From the NCBI GenBank assembly GCA_963706595.1, contig OY970166.1, positions 256,001 through 320,000 on the forward strand: 64,000 nt of DNA. The letters run 5' to 3'. Within the stretch, counting starts at the first letter, position 1. Every line of letters starts with the position of its first letter. The notes below the pieces were generated by a model, which was given only the letters and a program-made list of their open reading frames with translations, ran no database searches and was not told the DNA's origin. A program made the translations under genes and the position numbers. Positions 41,012 through 51,483 of this stretch are shown here, in pieces. Origin of the DNA: an uncultured cyanobacterium (GTDB taxonomy: Bacteria > Cyanobacteriota > Cyanobacteriia > Cyanobacteriales > Nostocaceae).

Positions 41012-42235
41012 TCAATAAGTATGACATTTTGTTGGTGTCCTTAGATAAGACTGTACGTTTATATATTTTTCTACGAGCATGAGTAACTCCGTATCCCCAA
41101 AGGGCTTGGTTAAATAATCCGTCGCTCCCACCATTGTTGCCCTGACTCGATCTATAAATTGGTCTTTACCAGTTAGCATGATAATCGGGATATTTTGAAA
41201 GGCGCTACTGTGCCGCAACATGGCACAAATCTCGTAACCATCCAATTTCGGCATGGCAATGTCACATAAGATTAAATCTGGCTGGAGTTGAAATATCAGA
41301 CTGATCGCCTCTAGGGGATTGGTCAAAGCGATCGCTTCATATCCCTGTTGTTTTAAAATATGCTCTACAGTCTCACAGATCGTTTTGGTATCATCAATAC
41401 ATATTACTCGCACTTTGTACTTGTCATCGACTCCTGAAGGTTCACTGTGTGACGAAAAATTATTCGTATTTGAATATACGAGTTGTAGCCAACCCTGTTG
41501 TACGTATGGGTATATAGCCTTGGCCACTGTCAAAATGTCTCGGTTAAGATGGCGAGCTAGTTGACGCAGGGTTGTCTTACCATCGGCCCAATGCTGGAGC
41601 TTATTTATGGTTGTGCCTGGAAGTGAAGATTGTAGTTGCACTAAATCAGCTAGGATTGGTAATTGTTCAGAAGACTGAATGTGTGGATAAAGCTGTTTCC
41701 ATATCGGTATTTGCTGTGTGGCTTTGTGTACTAAAGGGGCAACTTCTAAGCTGGTTAATTGCGGGGTAAGCGTCGCACCCTGCCGAAAAATAAAACTCCC
41801 CTGGTGTAAACTCAGCAGGTCAAATATTGTCTCATACACCAAGCTGTGGATAATACTATGCCCTACTTTGGGTTCGATGATATTCCGTTCTAACAATGCC
41901 CAGAGATAGCCATACTCTGGTGCATTCTGTGAACCTAGAGAGGCCAGATGCTGTTCATCAAGTCGCGTCTCGACACGGTAATGACGTAAGTAATCATCAA
42001 TCCGTGACAAATTAGTATCACCTTGTTGAGAGTAGATAATTTGACCGTTGAGGAAGAAGACGAACCAAAATTTTTTTTCACTGTTCGACGAATGGTGATG
42101 TCTGGCTGTCTCGTGATTTGTGAGTTTGTCGCTATTGTGAAAGCAGGCTTCCACCAAAAGTTGTCCAGTTCGCTGTCCTAACGAAATCAATTGCAGGATA
42201 CTGCGAATATCAATTTCAATTAAATTTCCCTGCAT
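41012..42235 (-). CDS. PatA-family response regulator (HmpA/PilG-type)
   Basis: MQGNL.EIDIRSILQLI PATAN-like N-terminus and C-terminal REC (CDIAMP, YLTKPF). First gene of the che cluster. Confidence 0.9.
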   Translation of the reverse strand: MQGNLIEIDIRSILQLISLGQRTGQLLVEACFHNSDKLTNHETARHHHSSNSEKKFWFVFFLNGQIIYSQQGDTNLSRIDDYLRHYRVETRLDEQHLASLGSQNAPEYGYLWALLERNIIEPKVGHSIIHSLVYETIFDLLSLHQGSFIFRQGATLTPQLTSLEVAPLVHKATQQIPIWKQLYPHIQSSEQLPILADLVQLQSSLPGTTINKLQHWADGKTTLRQLARHLNRDILTVAKAIYPYVQQGWLQLVYSNTNNFSSHSEPSGVDDKYKVRVICIDDTKTICETVEHILKQQGYEAIALTNPLEAISLIFQLQPDLILCDIAMPKLDGYEICAMLRHSSAFQNIPIIMLTGKDQFIDRVRATMVGATDYLTKPFGDTELLMLVEKYINVQSYLRTPTKCHTY

Positions 42236-42634
42236 TTAAGTTGAAGGCTCTCCTGATGATTCCATTCATATTTTCTGTTAGATTTGCTCATTAAGTTTCT
42301 ACTTTTTAGCCAATGAATCAGGTATTATTACATAAAATCTTATTTCCTTTAGAACCAGTCCCATGGAGAGAATACATTTAGATACAAAGTGTAAACTTTT
42401 GTAATCTTTTTTGTTAAACCTAGTGGTAACACGGAAGTCATCACCACTGACATCAGTACAAAATATAAGGGCATACCCAAATTGTTTCTACAAATATCAA
42501 GACATTTATTTTACGTCTAAAAATAGTTTTCTCTGTCTTTATTTCCGAAAGTTAGGTAAAATAAAGGCAATTAACAGTATTATCTCAGGTATATACCCTA
42601 AGACGGACATCAAGTACACAAGAGGACAAGCGGT

Positions 42635-44396
42635 GTGCTGTATTTAGCAGAAGTACAAAAACAGAAAGGCGGCTTACTCGGTGGTGGAGCTAAAACCGAA
42701 CTGAAACTGCTAGCGTGTCAGCGAACCGACCAGAATTGGAGTACTGTGTCGGAAGAAGCAATTAGCGCTGAGGACGCTAGTAAATTAAATGATGGCGCAC
42801 TAGGTACTAGTGGAAATGAATCCGAATCGTCAAGTGCAGAGGATTCAAGAGGCTGGAAGGCCATTGGTCAACATTTTGCAAAATTTTTCCCGTCAGTTGG
42901 AAAAATTTAAGCTCAAGGAAGATGAAATTGATCAGTGGAAAGAGTCACTAACGTTTCAGGCGCAGGAGATGAATCGCCGTGAAATGGATATGGAGGCTCG
43001 CTTAGAACATTTACAAGAAATGGAGTCAGAGTTTCAGCGTCTGGAGTCACAGCAACAAGAAGTTGAGACTAACCGCGAGCAGATTTCACAGTTACAGGCA
43101 GAAGTTGAACGTAACCGTCAGGAACTAGAAGGAGCTTGGGAACATTTGCGAGGCGAGCAACGCCGCCTAGAGGAGTTTCAAGCAGATTCCCTCCAGGGAA
43201 AGGTTGTAGATGCGGAGCAAAGTCGGGTGATGAGCGAGTTACTGGAGCGCTTGTCTAATAGAGTTGCATCCACGGAAACTGTTAGGGAACACCTAAATCT
43301 AGCTTTGCAACTAGTCGAAAGCCAGCAAGCTATTTTAAATCCACATTGGGAAAAACTAGAGCAGCAAAGAACTGTAGCGGCTCAACAGCAAGAACAAATT
43401 GATCAATTATCGCAAAGTTTAAGCGATCGCCAAAACGCATGGCAACAAGCACGCGATTTTTTGGAACAGCAAAAAGCTCAATTAAAAGTGAACACTGCAA
43501 CTCTTGCCAGCAAGCAATATTATGTTCAAATAATCCAGGAACAGTTACAACAACAGGATCTGTTACATCAACAAATTCGCTCTTTGGCCGCAACTTCTGG
43601 TGATGCTGGTCTGAGCCAGCAAGTTGATGTAGAAGCTTTGGAACGCATGTCTTTAGACGAACTCACAAAAGTCATCCAAGACTTGAATTATAAATTGGAA
43701 ATGGATTCTAGCTTTGTTCATGATCAGGAGCAAGAACTGACATACAAGCAGGAAACCATAGACCAACTGCAAAATCAGATTCAGGAAGCAGCCGAGAAAG
43801 ATCAAGTCAATTTGGAAACGGAACTGGCGGATGAAAAAGACCTATATCAGATGTTAAACGAAACTTTGGTAGGGCAACGCCGGAATTTGCTACAACGGCA
43901 GAAGTTGATTAAGCAACATGAAAATGTCCTTTTGCGACGACAAGGGCAGACTGTTACTCAGATTGAAGAAGGTAATCAAATAGATTTTGCGCCGATATTA
44001 TTACAGATGAAAACCCAGCGACAACAACAGTCGCAAGAACTACAAAAGTTGGAATATGACATCGAGCAGATACGCGCTGCTATTGAGATGGATCAAGGAA
44101 TGATTGACAATCAAACCCAAGAGCAAAATGAAAAGCAGCAAGAATCCCAGGAAATAGAAACAAATTTGCTATCGCTGCGACTAGCAACCTCTGAATGTTG
44201 GGGTCGTGTGAATCTTTATCAAGAGGCTTTACAACCCATTCAGGATTATCTCGACGGATTACGACATAAGCTGCAAGAAACTTCCGAGTCTTTGGCTCAA
44301 GTGGAAGAAACTGGTGAGCATCAACTCCAGACGATTAATGAAATGCGCCACACTCTCCAAAGTTTGGTGTCTCAGCCAGAGTTGTTAGCTTCTTAG
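42635..44396 (+). CDS. hmpF: Pilus motility/taxis coiled-coil protein HmpF, with an apparent +1 frameshift at 42803-42804
   Basis: MLYLAEVQKQKGG...ELKLLACQR N-terminus. Removing one G from GCA CTA G GTA CTA GTG fuses ORFs 42635-42910 and 42810-44396. Divergent from the che cluster. Confidence 0.85.
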
Positions 44397-45416
44397 ACAG
44401 ATCCAATCGCCTTGGACTTGGGCGATCGCACCACCAGGAAATGGATCAGTTTGTGAACGGTTTGGTGCTATAATTAATGCCGTCAATTTTTCGATGTGTT
44501 CAAAACTCGGTGCGTCAGTTAGTATCTGTTGTAATATTTGCCTCATGACGCGACGTTGTAGCGCTAAAGGTGCTTTTTGTAATACCCGACGATTTAACCT
44601 CAATGCAGCCCAATTTACTTCGGTCTCAGCGATGAATCTTTCAGACTCAGACGCGATGAATCGCGTCTCTACAAGTTCTGTCGCTGTTTCCCTCAATTCT
44701 TGGGCGGCTTGCTCTAAATATTCCACTTCGGCTTGCAGTAGTTCTGCTGTTTGGGCTAAGGCGGATTCTACTTTGGGGTTGAAATTTGTTTGTAAATATG
44801 GGATTAACTCTTGGCGAATCCGGTTGCGGGCATATTTGACATCTTGATTGGTGGAATCTTCCCAAATTGGGAGATTAAATTCTTGACAAAATTGCTTTGT
44901 TTGTGGGCGAGTAATTTCTAAAAGCGGACGCACTAAAAAAATATCCGCAGTTAGTGGCCTTTGCCAAGTTAATGCTTGTAACCCATCAGCACCAGTACCA
45001 CGCATTAAGTTGTAAAGCAAAGTTTCAGCGCGATCGCTGGCTGTATGTCCTGTGACTATATACTGATAATTATTTACTTGAGCGATCGCACTCAAAGCTG
45101 CATACCGCCAATTACGTGCCGCCGCTTCACTATTTAAAGGTTGTGTTGCTGTTTCTAAATAAAAAGATACACCCCAACTTTGAGCTAATTTTTCCACATA
45201 ATCAGCATTAGCTTCAGAATCAGTACGCCAACGATGATCACAATGAGCGATACCTAAATCCCATTGCCATTTAGGTTGTAAATCTAACAGCAATTTAATT
45301 AAACACAAAGAATCTTGACCACCAGAAACAGCGACTAATAGCCTTTGCTGACGCTCAAATAAGTGGCGCGAGCGCATGGTACGATGTATTTTTGCGTGTA
45401 AGGCAGTCCATACCAT
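44385..45416 (-). CDS. tilS: tRNA(Ile)-lysidine synthetase
   Basis: VAVSGGQDS PP-loop, EAAAR..RY, GHTASDRAET, RPLL and DSTN....ARNRIR. Confidence 0.95.
   Translation of the reverse strand: MVWTALHAKIHRTMRSRHLFERQQRLLVAVSGGQDSLCLIKLLLDLQPKWQWDLGIAHCDHRWRTDSEANADYVEKLAQSWGVSFYLETATQPLNSEAAARNWRYAALSAIAQVNNYQYIVTGHTASDRAETLLYNLMRGTGADGLQALTWQRPLTADIFLVRPLLEITRPQTKQFCQEFNLPIWEDSTNQDVKYARNRIRQELIPYLQTNFNPKVESALAQTAELLQAEVEYLEQAAQELRETATELVETRFIASESERFIAETEVNWAALRLNRRVLQKAPLALQRRVMRQILQQILTDAPSFEHIEKLTALIIAPNRSQTDPFPGGAIAQVQGDWICLRS
44624..44672 (-). repeat. GTAG-REP element inserted in frame within tilS
   Basis: The minus strand reads GTAGAGACGCGATTCATCGCGTCT plus a degenerate second unit, encoding VETRFIASESERFIAE. 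Confidence 0.85.
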
Positions 45417-45459
45417 TTTTGTTAATTAACCGCATACAAAACCAGATATTTTTTATTAT

Positions 45460-45774
45460 CTATGATTGGCTTTGCATTTTTTCAAGTTGTTGATAAATTT
45501 CCTCCAAGGGAAATTCTGGCTCATCAGGACAAAATTCTAAAGAAAGTCTCACTTTTCCTTTCGTCCAGCCCTCGGCACTAAATTTTAAAACTTCACAATC
45601 TAATCCTTGGCTATACAAACTTTCTTCAGTTGTCCCTTCTGCTCCCAGATATTGTTTAATTGCTGAAATCAAATCATGAACTTTAAATGTGCCTGAAACA
45701 TCTAAATTATTAAAAATATCTGGTTCCACATACACAACTTCATCATGATTTAGTCGCTCAAATCCATTTTCCAT
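45460..45774 (-). CDS. KGK-domain protein
   Basis: GLDCEVLK....GWTKGKVRLSLEFCPDEPE is the KGK signature. Confidence 0.88.
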   Translation of the reverse strand: MENGFERLNHDEVVYVEPDIFNNLDVSGTFKVHDLISAIKQYLGAEGTTEESLYSQGLDCEVLKFSAEGWTKGKVRLSLEFCPDEPEFPLEEIYQQLEKMQSQS

Positions 45775-46184
45775 ATATATCTCCTCTCACTACGTCTATA
45801 GTTGCCATAGAGATAAAAGTTAAGCTCAAATAGAATAATAGTGAATTAGAATAGATGCTTGCTAATTAAATGTATTTTTCAACACATTCACGCTATAAAA
45901 TGTGGCGTTTCTCAGAGCTTAACTCACCCTAAATATGCAATGATTATATTTTATCCACATTCTTTGATTATGCAAATTATCCGTTAAATTAAAATTAACA
46001 ATAACTTATCAATAGTTAGGCATACCAAGGGCTAAAGATTATACACTTGCTCAATATGAATTGTATTTTATGTAAAAATTAGTATCATATTTTACGAAAT
46101 TTATAGAAAATATCTCAACTTAGCCCCCTTTCCTGGTAAATAGCAGATTTGGGGGTTAGGTGTTTGTAATTTTGTCCGGGTAAA

Positions 46185-46493
46185 CTAATTTTCAAATTGT
46201 TTAAGTTGCTGACGGATATCATCTAATCCAGATTCTGGTTCATCAGGACAAAATTCTAAAGAGAGTCGAATTTTTCCTGTTTGCCATTTCATAGCACCTA
46301 ATTTCAAAACTTCACAATTTAATCCACTACCATACAAAGGTGCTTCATTTGTGTTATCAGCTTCGACACATTCCATAAGAGCTTTCAGTAAATCACTGAC
46401 TTTAAAAGTTCGAGCAACGTCTAAATTATTAAAAGTATCTGGTTTTACCGAGACAACTTCATTATGATTGAGATGTTCAAATGTATTTCCCAT
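46185..46493 (-). CDS. KGK-domain protein (tandem paralog)
   Basis: GLNCEVLK....WQTGKIRLSLEFCPDEPES.LDDIRQ. Confidence 0.88.
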   Translation of the reverse strand: MGNTFEHLNHNEVVSVKPDTFNNLDVARTFKVSDLLKALMECVEADNTNEAPLYGSGLNCEVLKLGAMKWQTGKIRLSLEFCPDEPESGLDDIRQQLKQFEN

Positions 46494-46577
46494 ATATATT
46501 TATTTCCTGTAACTCAACTTATAATTCCCAAAAAATATTAATAAATTTACATTGATGTTTTCCCCTCCTGGCTTGCT

Positions 46578-46665
46578 CTACCGTGTACACACAAATAATT
46601 AAATGACTTCTAATCCTTGTGTGTCGTGTGTAGGGTGTGTTGTCGCGTAGCGCAACGCACCATCT
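46578..46665 (+). mobile_element. Truncated copy of the 15460-15621 MITE
   Basis: Left TIR CTACCGTGTACACACAAAT and first REP GTAGGGTGTGTTGTCGCGTAGCGCAACGCACCATC are present. No right TIR. Confidence 0.75.
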
Positions 46666-46718
46666 TCAATTCTCTTGTTCCCCTCCTCGCTGGCGGGGAG
46701 GGGCTAGGGGTGGGGTGA

Positions 46719-47777
46719 TTAGAAAAACCAACCGTAAGAATGCAAACCTTTACCCAAAAGATTTACACCCAGATAGCAAACCCAAACGACAACAAAGCCA
46801 CTGGCGGCTAAAATTGCAGGGCGACGACCTTGCCAACCGCGAGTAATTCGGGCGTGGAGATAGGCTGCAAAAACTAACCAAGTAATTAACGCCCAGGTTT
46901 CTTTCGGGTCCCAACTCCAGTAAGAACCCCAAGCTTCATTCGCCCAAACTGCACCAGCAATAATGCCAATAGTAATCAGGGGAAATCCTAGTCCAATGAC
47001 GCGATAACTGATATTGTCGAGGGTTTCAGCTAGGCTCAGGCGCTGTGGAGAAAGTAGCTCTTCGGCAGTTACTACAGTGGGTAACTCAGTAGCTGTGACT
47101 AAATTTAAAACAGCAGTATTACCCTTACCATTGTTATTACTTTCAACGCGAGAAAAGCCATTATTTTCAAATGGGGGTGTGGCTGGTTGAGAAATTAGCT
47201 CCCCGGCTTTATGTAAGCGGTAGCCGTTACTGCGATAACCGCCAGTACCCACAGAACTGCCTTGGAGTTGGATGTTTTGACCACGAGTGACAATTAAAAA
47301 GGCGATCGCTAGTAATGATCCCACCATCAAAGCGGCGTAACTCAACATCATTACACTAACGTGCATCATCAGCCAATTAGACTTCAGCGCAGGTACTAAG
47401 GGTTCTGCTGATTGCATTTCTGATGGCAGAGTGAGAGCAGCAAAAGCAGTAATCCCCATTGCTACAGGCGCGGTAACAACTCCTACTAAACGGCTACGGC
47501 TAGTGTTCTCAGCAAACAGATGTACAGCCGTAATTCCCCAAACTAGGAAAAATAGAGATTCATAGAGATTACTCAGGGGAAAATAACCAGCTTCGATCCA
47601 TCGCGCCCCTAATAAGGTAGCTATGCACAAATTGGCGATCGCCATTCCCGCAGTTCCCAAAGTCCCCAGTGTCGGTAGATTGGGAAAAGCTGCCCCGCCC
47701 CAATACACCAACATTGTGAGAAATAATACAGCAAACGTGGCATTGTCCAGCCAGTTCTGGAGTTCAACCAGATTCAT
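46719..47777 (-). CDS. ccsA: System II cytochrome c biogenesis protein CcsA (also annotated CcsB)
   Basis: [24 protein letters not shown] and the WWD motif [19 protein letters not shown]-terminal GLHSYG. Confidence 0.95.
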   Translation of the reverse strand: MNLVELQNWLDNATFAVLFLTMLVYWGGAAFPNLPTLGTLGTAGMAIANLCIATLLGARWIEAGYFPLSNLYESLFFLVWGITAVHLFAENTSRSRLVGVVTAPVAMGITAFAALTLPSEMQSAEPLVPALKSNWLMMHVSVMMLSYAALMVGSLLAIAFLIVTRGQNIQLQGSSVGTGGYRSNGYRLHKAGELISQPATPPFENNGFSRVESNNNGKGNTAVLNLVTATELPTVVTAEELLSPQRLSLAETLDNISYRVIGLGFPLITIGIIAGAVWANEAWGSYWSWDPKETWALITWLVFAAYLHARITRGWQGRRPAILAASGFVVVWVCYLGVNLLGKGLHSYGWFF

Positions 47778-47878
47778 AAAGTGTTCTCCCCAGTCGATTC
47801 GTTAAAATACTGATTCTGACTGTTCTGATCCTATCCGTTTACAGACTCATAACACACAGTTTTTAGACTTTCTTTCTT

Positions 47879-47975
47879 GTAGAGACGCGATTTATCGCGT
47901 CTCTGATTTACCGCGTCTCATTAGGATTTATCGCGTCTCATTAGAATTTATCGCGTCTTAAATTTATCGCGTCTC
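47879..47975 (+). repeat. GTAG-REP with about five tandem half-units
   Basis: GTAGAGACGCGATTTATCGCGTCTC followed by ATTTA(T/C)CGCGTCT repeats. The last unit supplies the stop codon of the DUF3352-like gene. Confidence 0.85.
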
Positions 47976-49721
47976 AGCACTCATATCTGAACTAGGAGAA
48001 ATGGCTGAAGTATCCTCTTTTTTCAGGACTATAAAAATGTCATAGCGAGTACTGCGATTATCGCTAACAGCAGATGTCACCCCAATTGAGCTTGTAGCAT
48101 CTAGAAAAATTTGTTGATTAGGAAATAAAGTATTAGAGTAAAGTTTTTCACAGCCACTTCCATATCCAAGAAAAATTGACCATTTGTCGGATTGGGTTCT
48201 GTGGGAACAGTTTGTTGAAATGGCGACGTATTAGCTAAAGTCTGATCAGGTTTAGGGACAATTTTATCTGTGATGGGAGCGCCCACGACCAAAAAAGCAA
48301 TATCATCATCTAACCAACCACGGCTGGCGGTTAAGGTGTCAAAAGGTGTAATCCAGTTAACAACCGGTTGACCTGCAACTGTACTTGGTTGAATCTGGAA
48401 CTGATATTGGGTTTTCATCACCTCATCCAGCTTTTTCAAAGATGCTTCAGCCGAATCACGTAGGCTTTGCCCGTTAGAAACATCCTTTGCTTGTACCATG
48501 AATAACAAACCTGCTCGGAAATCCTGAGAATCATCATCATTTGAGCTATTGGGAATTACAGACACAGAAAACTCACCCTGCATCCAACTGAGAAAATCTT
48601 TATCTAAATCCATCTCGGTGAGTGACTTGACACCACCTCGTAACTGTTCTGGTGAGATGGGCGAGAGAGGATTCTTTTGTGATGTTAAAACGTAATCTTC
48701 CCAAAACCGTTGTAAGTTTCCCCCAGAAAGCATCATTAAGGTTTCAGCTGGTACACGGTTTTGCATTGTCCCGGCTTTGTTTTCCACTTTCAGCACACGC
48801 TGACTATTGGGATTAAGCCAGGAAATGCCCTTGAAGCGGATTCCTTCCGGTTCCAAGGTCATAGAGCCTGCTAAACCTTGGTTATTTTGCAATTGAGCTA
48901 AAACCTGAGCAGGTAAAGCCCGATTGGGAGCCGCAGCAGCTATTTTGGCAGCTATGGGTACATTTAAATAAAACTGAGCAAAGGGGCGAGAACTGGAGAT
49001 TTTGGGAAAATTCTCCCCAAAGCCTCCGACTGTTGCCAGGGACGCTTTACCTTGATATGCATCAATTGCTTGTTCTGTGGCTTGGGGATGGTCAGTAATC
49101 ACTAAAAACCGTTCATCTAGTAATGCGGCTGAAAGCTTTTCCCCTGATTCACCATCAGTTTGTTTAATGGTGATTCCTTGATAAGTGCGCTCAATCCATT
49201 TACCTTGTTTGAGGGTTTTGGGTGCAGACAAAATGCTTTTAGCTGCTTCTAGGTTGTTAATGGGTAATACCATGACCATCGACTGTTGAGCGCTAGCAGC
49301 ATCTTTATCGTTGTCCACTGGTTTGAGTGCAGGTTGAGTCGGTGGGGATAAAATCGCTAAGGTGACTTCATCGCCTACCCAAGGAGCGATATCTTTCTCG
49401 AAGTTATAACCATTATTAGTCAGAAAGCGATCGCGCAACTGGACTAAATTTTTATTTATTTCGGCTTGGGTTTCTGTTGTTCCCAATTCTTGCAATTTTT
49501 GCCATTGTTTGGGATCTGTGGTTAAAGAAACCGTCAACAGCGCATCTTGAGGGATAATATTTACACCTACTGGCAAGCCTCTAGAAGATGTTTGCCTCTG
49601 AGTTAAAAACCAGTATGCCGCACTCCCCAGCACCAATCAATAATCCAGCAGCCAATAATGTCAGCAGCAGAGAGGGTTTCTTTGTTTTCTTTTTTATAAC
49701 AGACACAACAGGCAGAGCCAT
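47964..49721 (-). CDS. DUF3352-like membrane-anchored protein with two apparent frameshifts (near 49626 and 48134)
   Basis: ATG 49721 gives MALPVVS..KKKTKKPSLLL plus a TM segment, with an extra G in a G4 run. Core motifs DIAPWVGDE and DFLSWMQGEF. The C-terminus NTLFPNQQIFLDATSSIGVTS continues after a 1-bp deletion. Confidence 0.75.
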
Positions 49722-49871
49722 CTAAACCAATACCTCATCCTTTGTTAAATTGAGCAGACAAGTTTTCTGGGATAGTTACTTTACGAATAAATTCCTTCAA
49801 TATACATCCACGACTCCCAGCACTTTGAGAGTATAACTAACTTTAAAAACCTGCAAGCCATGACCGAAAGA

Positions 49872-49945
49872 GGCAGGGGAGCAGGGAGCAGGGAGCAAGG
49901 GGGAGTTAAGACGCAGGGGAGTGAGGAGCAGGGAGCAAGGGGGAG
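49872..49945 (+). repeat. STRR-like array (GCAGGGA)n
   Basis: Two clusters of GAGCAGG repeats. Confidence 0.8.
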
Positions 49946-50051
49946 TAATAAATTACTTTAAACTTCCGGTTACTTAACAACCATTCCTCTTCTTTGACGA
50001 TGGTAGTTTTTGCACTCTACTGACACGATTTTTAGGTGTTGTTGTCTTTAA

Positions 50052-50696
50052 CTAAGACTCAGTAGCTTGATCTTTTCCATTAGCGGAAGTCAACTTTGTA
50101 GCACCCAAATATTTAGTTAAATAAGGCGAAAAAACTTCATATATTAAAGTTAAAGGCTTTCCATGATGCCAAAACAAGTAATGACGACCCCAAAAAGGTC
50201 CAGACACCTCAAAACCTGACTCTAGTGCATCTGAGTAGCCGTAATAAATTCCTTGAATATCCCGATATAACTCTGTACGAATACGAGCTAAACTCGCCCA
50301 AATTGGTAATGACCGATTTTGCAAAAATTCATCTACATGACTAGCTTCCCACCATGACGTGGCGTAACCTAATCGCTGTCCTGAAGCAGTACGTAACCAT
50401 ACCTGTCGCCGCAGTCGTGGCCCTGGTACAGCTTGAATTAAGTCGGGGGCATGATCTGAGTTCATGCCAATCAAAGACATATCAATTACATCTACTTCGG
50501 TTGGTTCACCCGTGAGTAATTGTAAATGCCTTGTGGGCGAGCCGTCACCTAAAAGTAACAATTGCCACGGTGGTGCTAGCTGTGAGTGAGGCAAACTTTT
50601 TTGGATAACTTCCTCCCCACCTTGCCAAATCGGAGCGAGGCGATGCCATGCTGTTGGCAATGTTGAATTGTTTGTGCCTGTAAAAGTTGCAGTCAA
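50052..50696 (-). CDS. Chorismate pyruvate-lyase-like protein (DUF98/Ycf21)
   Basis: WQLLLLGDGSPTRHL, RRQVWL, YATSWW and PLTLIYEVFSP. Confidence 0.85.
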   Translation of the reverse strand: MTATFTGTNNSTLPTAWHRLAPIWQGGEEVIQKSLPHSQLAPPWQLLLLGDGSPTRHLQLLTGEPTEVDVIDMSLIGMNSDHAPDLIQAVPGPRLRRQVWLRTASGQRLGYATSWWEASHVDEFLQNRSLPIWASLARIRTELYRDIQGIYYGYSDALESGFEVSGPFWGRHYLFWHHGKPLTLIYEVFSPYLTKYLGATKLTSANGKDQATES

Positions 50697-50796
50697 TGTT
50701 CTTTACAAAAGTTCACCTATTTATATCAAAGCACAAAAATTTTGCTTTGATTAGCAAGTTGAAAAGTATAGAGATAACTTTTGACCCATAAATTGT

Positions 50797-50821
50797 AAAA
50801 GGACGCATCGCTGCGTCCTTT
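50797..50821 (-). terminator. Intrinsic terminator downstream of tRNA-Leu
   Basis: AAAAGGACGCA-TCGC-TGCGTCCTTT hairpin, possibly bidirectional. Confidence 0.75.
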
Positions 50822-50845
50822 CCACTCAAAATAAGCACATAAAAA

Positions 50846-50926
50846 TGCGGATGGCGAGACTCGAACTCGCAAGGCAAAGCCACACGCACCTCAAGCGTGC
50901 GCGTATACCAATTCCGCCACATCCGC
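50846..50926 (-). tRNA. trnL: tRNA-Leu(GAG)
   Basis: GCGGATGTGGCGGAATTGGTATACGCGCACGCTT-GAG-GTGCGTG...GTTCGAGTC...CATCCGCA, with a long variable arm and no encoded CCA. Confidence 0.95.
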
Positions 50927-51483
50927 GCTGATTGTCCAGAAATAAAGCATAGCACAAAAAAATAAAAATAGTGAGCAAATACTGAGATTTAGCAAAAAAT
51001 CCTAAAAATTTAAGTGGAAGTGCAAACAAATCCTTGAAATAAGGATATATTACCGACAAAAATCTAGTGGCTTTACAAGTCAAATGCAAACCACCCTCAA
51101 AAAAGCCTAATTCGGCAAACTGGCTCCAGACTAGCAGATGCAATATTGTTAATCTAGTTAAGATCCGTCATTGCCGGAGGCAGGGGAGCAGGGAGCAGGG
51201 GGCAGGGGAGAGACTAGGATAAAGCTTGTACTCCAACCCCAGATTAAGCATCCTAGAAGCGATGCACTGAGCAGTTCGGTAAGTGGACGGCGCTTGATAC
51301 CCCAGATCCCAGTCGCCTTCCCCCTGCTTCTTCGGTCAAGGCACCAAAGCCAAATCCTCTCTAAACTCTGCTCAGAATAAGGCTAGAAAAACTCCTGTGA
51401 TAATTTGAGATAAAGCGAAAGCATTGTGGCAAATGGGATGAGAGACAATAACTATCTACTGGTACTAATATCAAAGCTAAAAA

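Noticed and set aside
40880..42480. SigJ-type GGGAATACT-like promoter boxes upstream of the cheY-like gene (GGGAATGTT) and hmpF (GGGCATACC)
   Set aside because: Only partial matches and no TSS data, so too weak to report.
42635..42910. Programmed frameshifting in hmpF or pilT
   Set aside because: No slippery heptamer or stimulatory structure at the shift sites; a simple indel is more parsimonious.
47879..47975. Possible mini-CRISPR of ATTTATCGCGTCT repeats
   Set aside because: The repeats are about 13 bp and the spacers only a few bp. It is explained as REP half-unit expansion.
50846..50926. tRNA-Leu as an integration site for an island
   Set aside because: No integrase and no duplicated tRNA 3' end were seen; the flanks are core genes.
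50713..51380. ORFs 50713-50955, 50826-51143 and 51171-51380
   Set aside because: They overlap tRNA-Leu or repeat DNA and show no protein-family signal.
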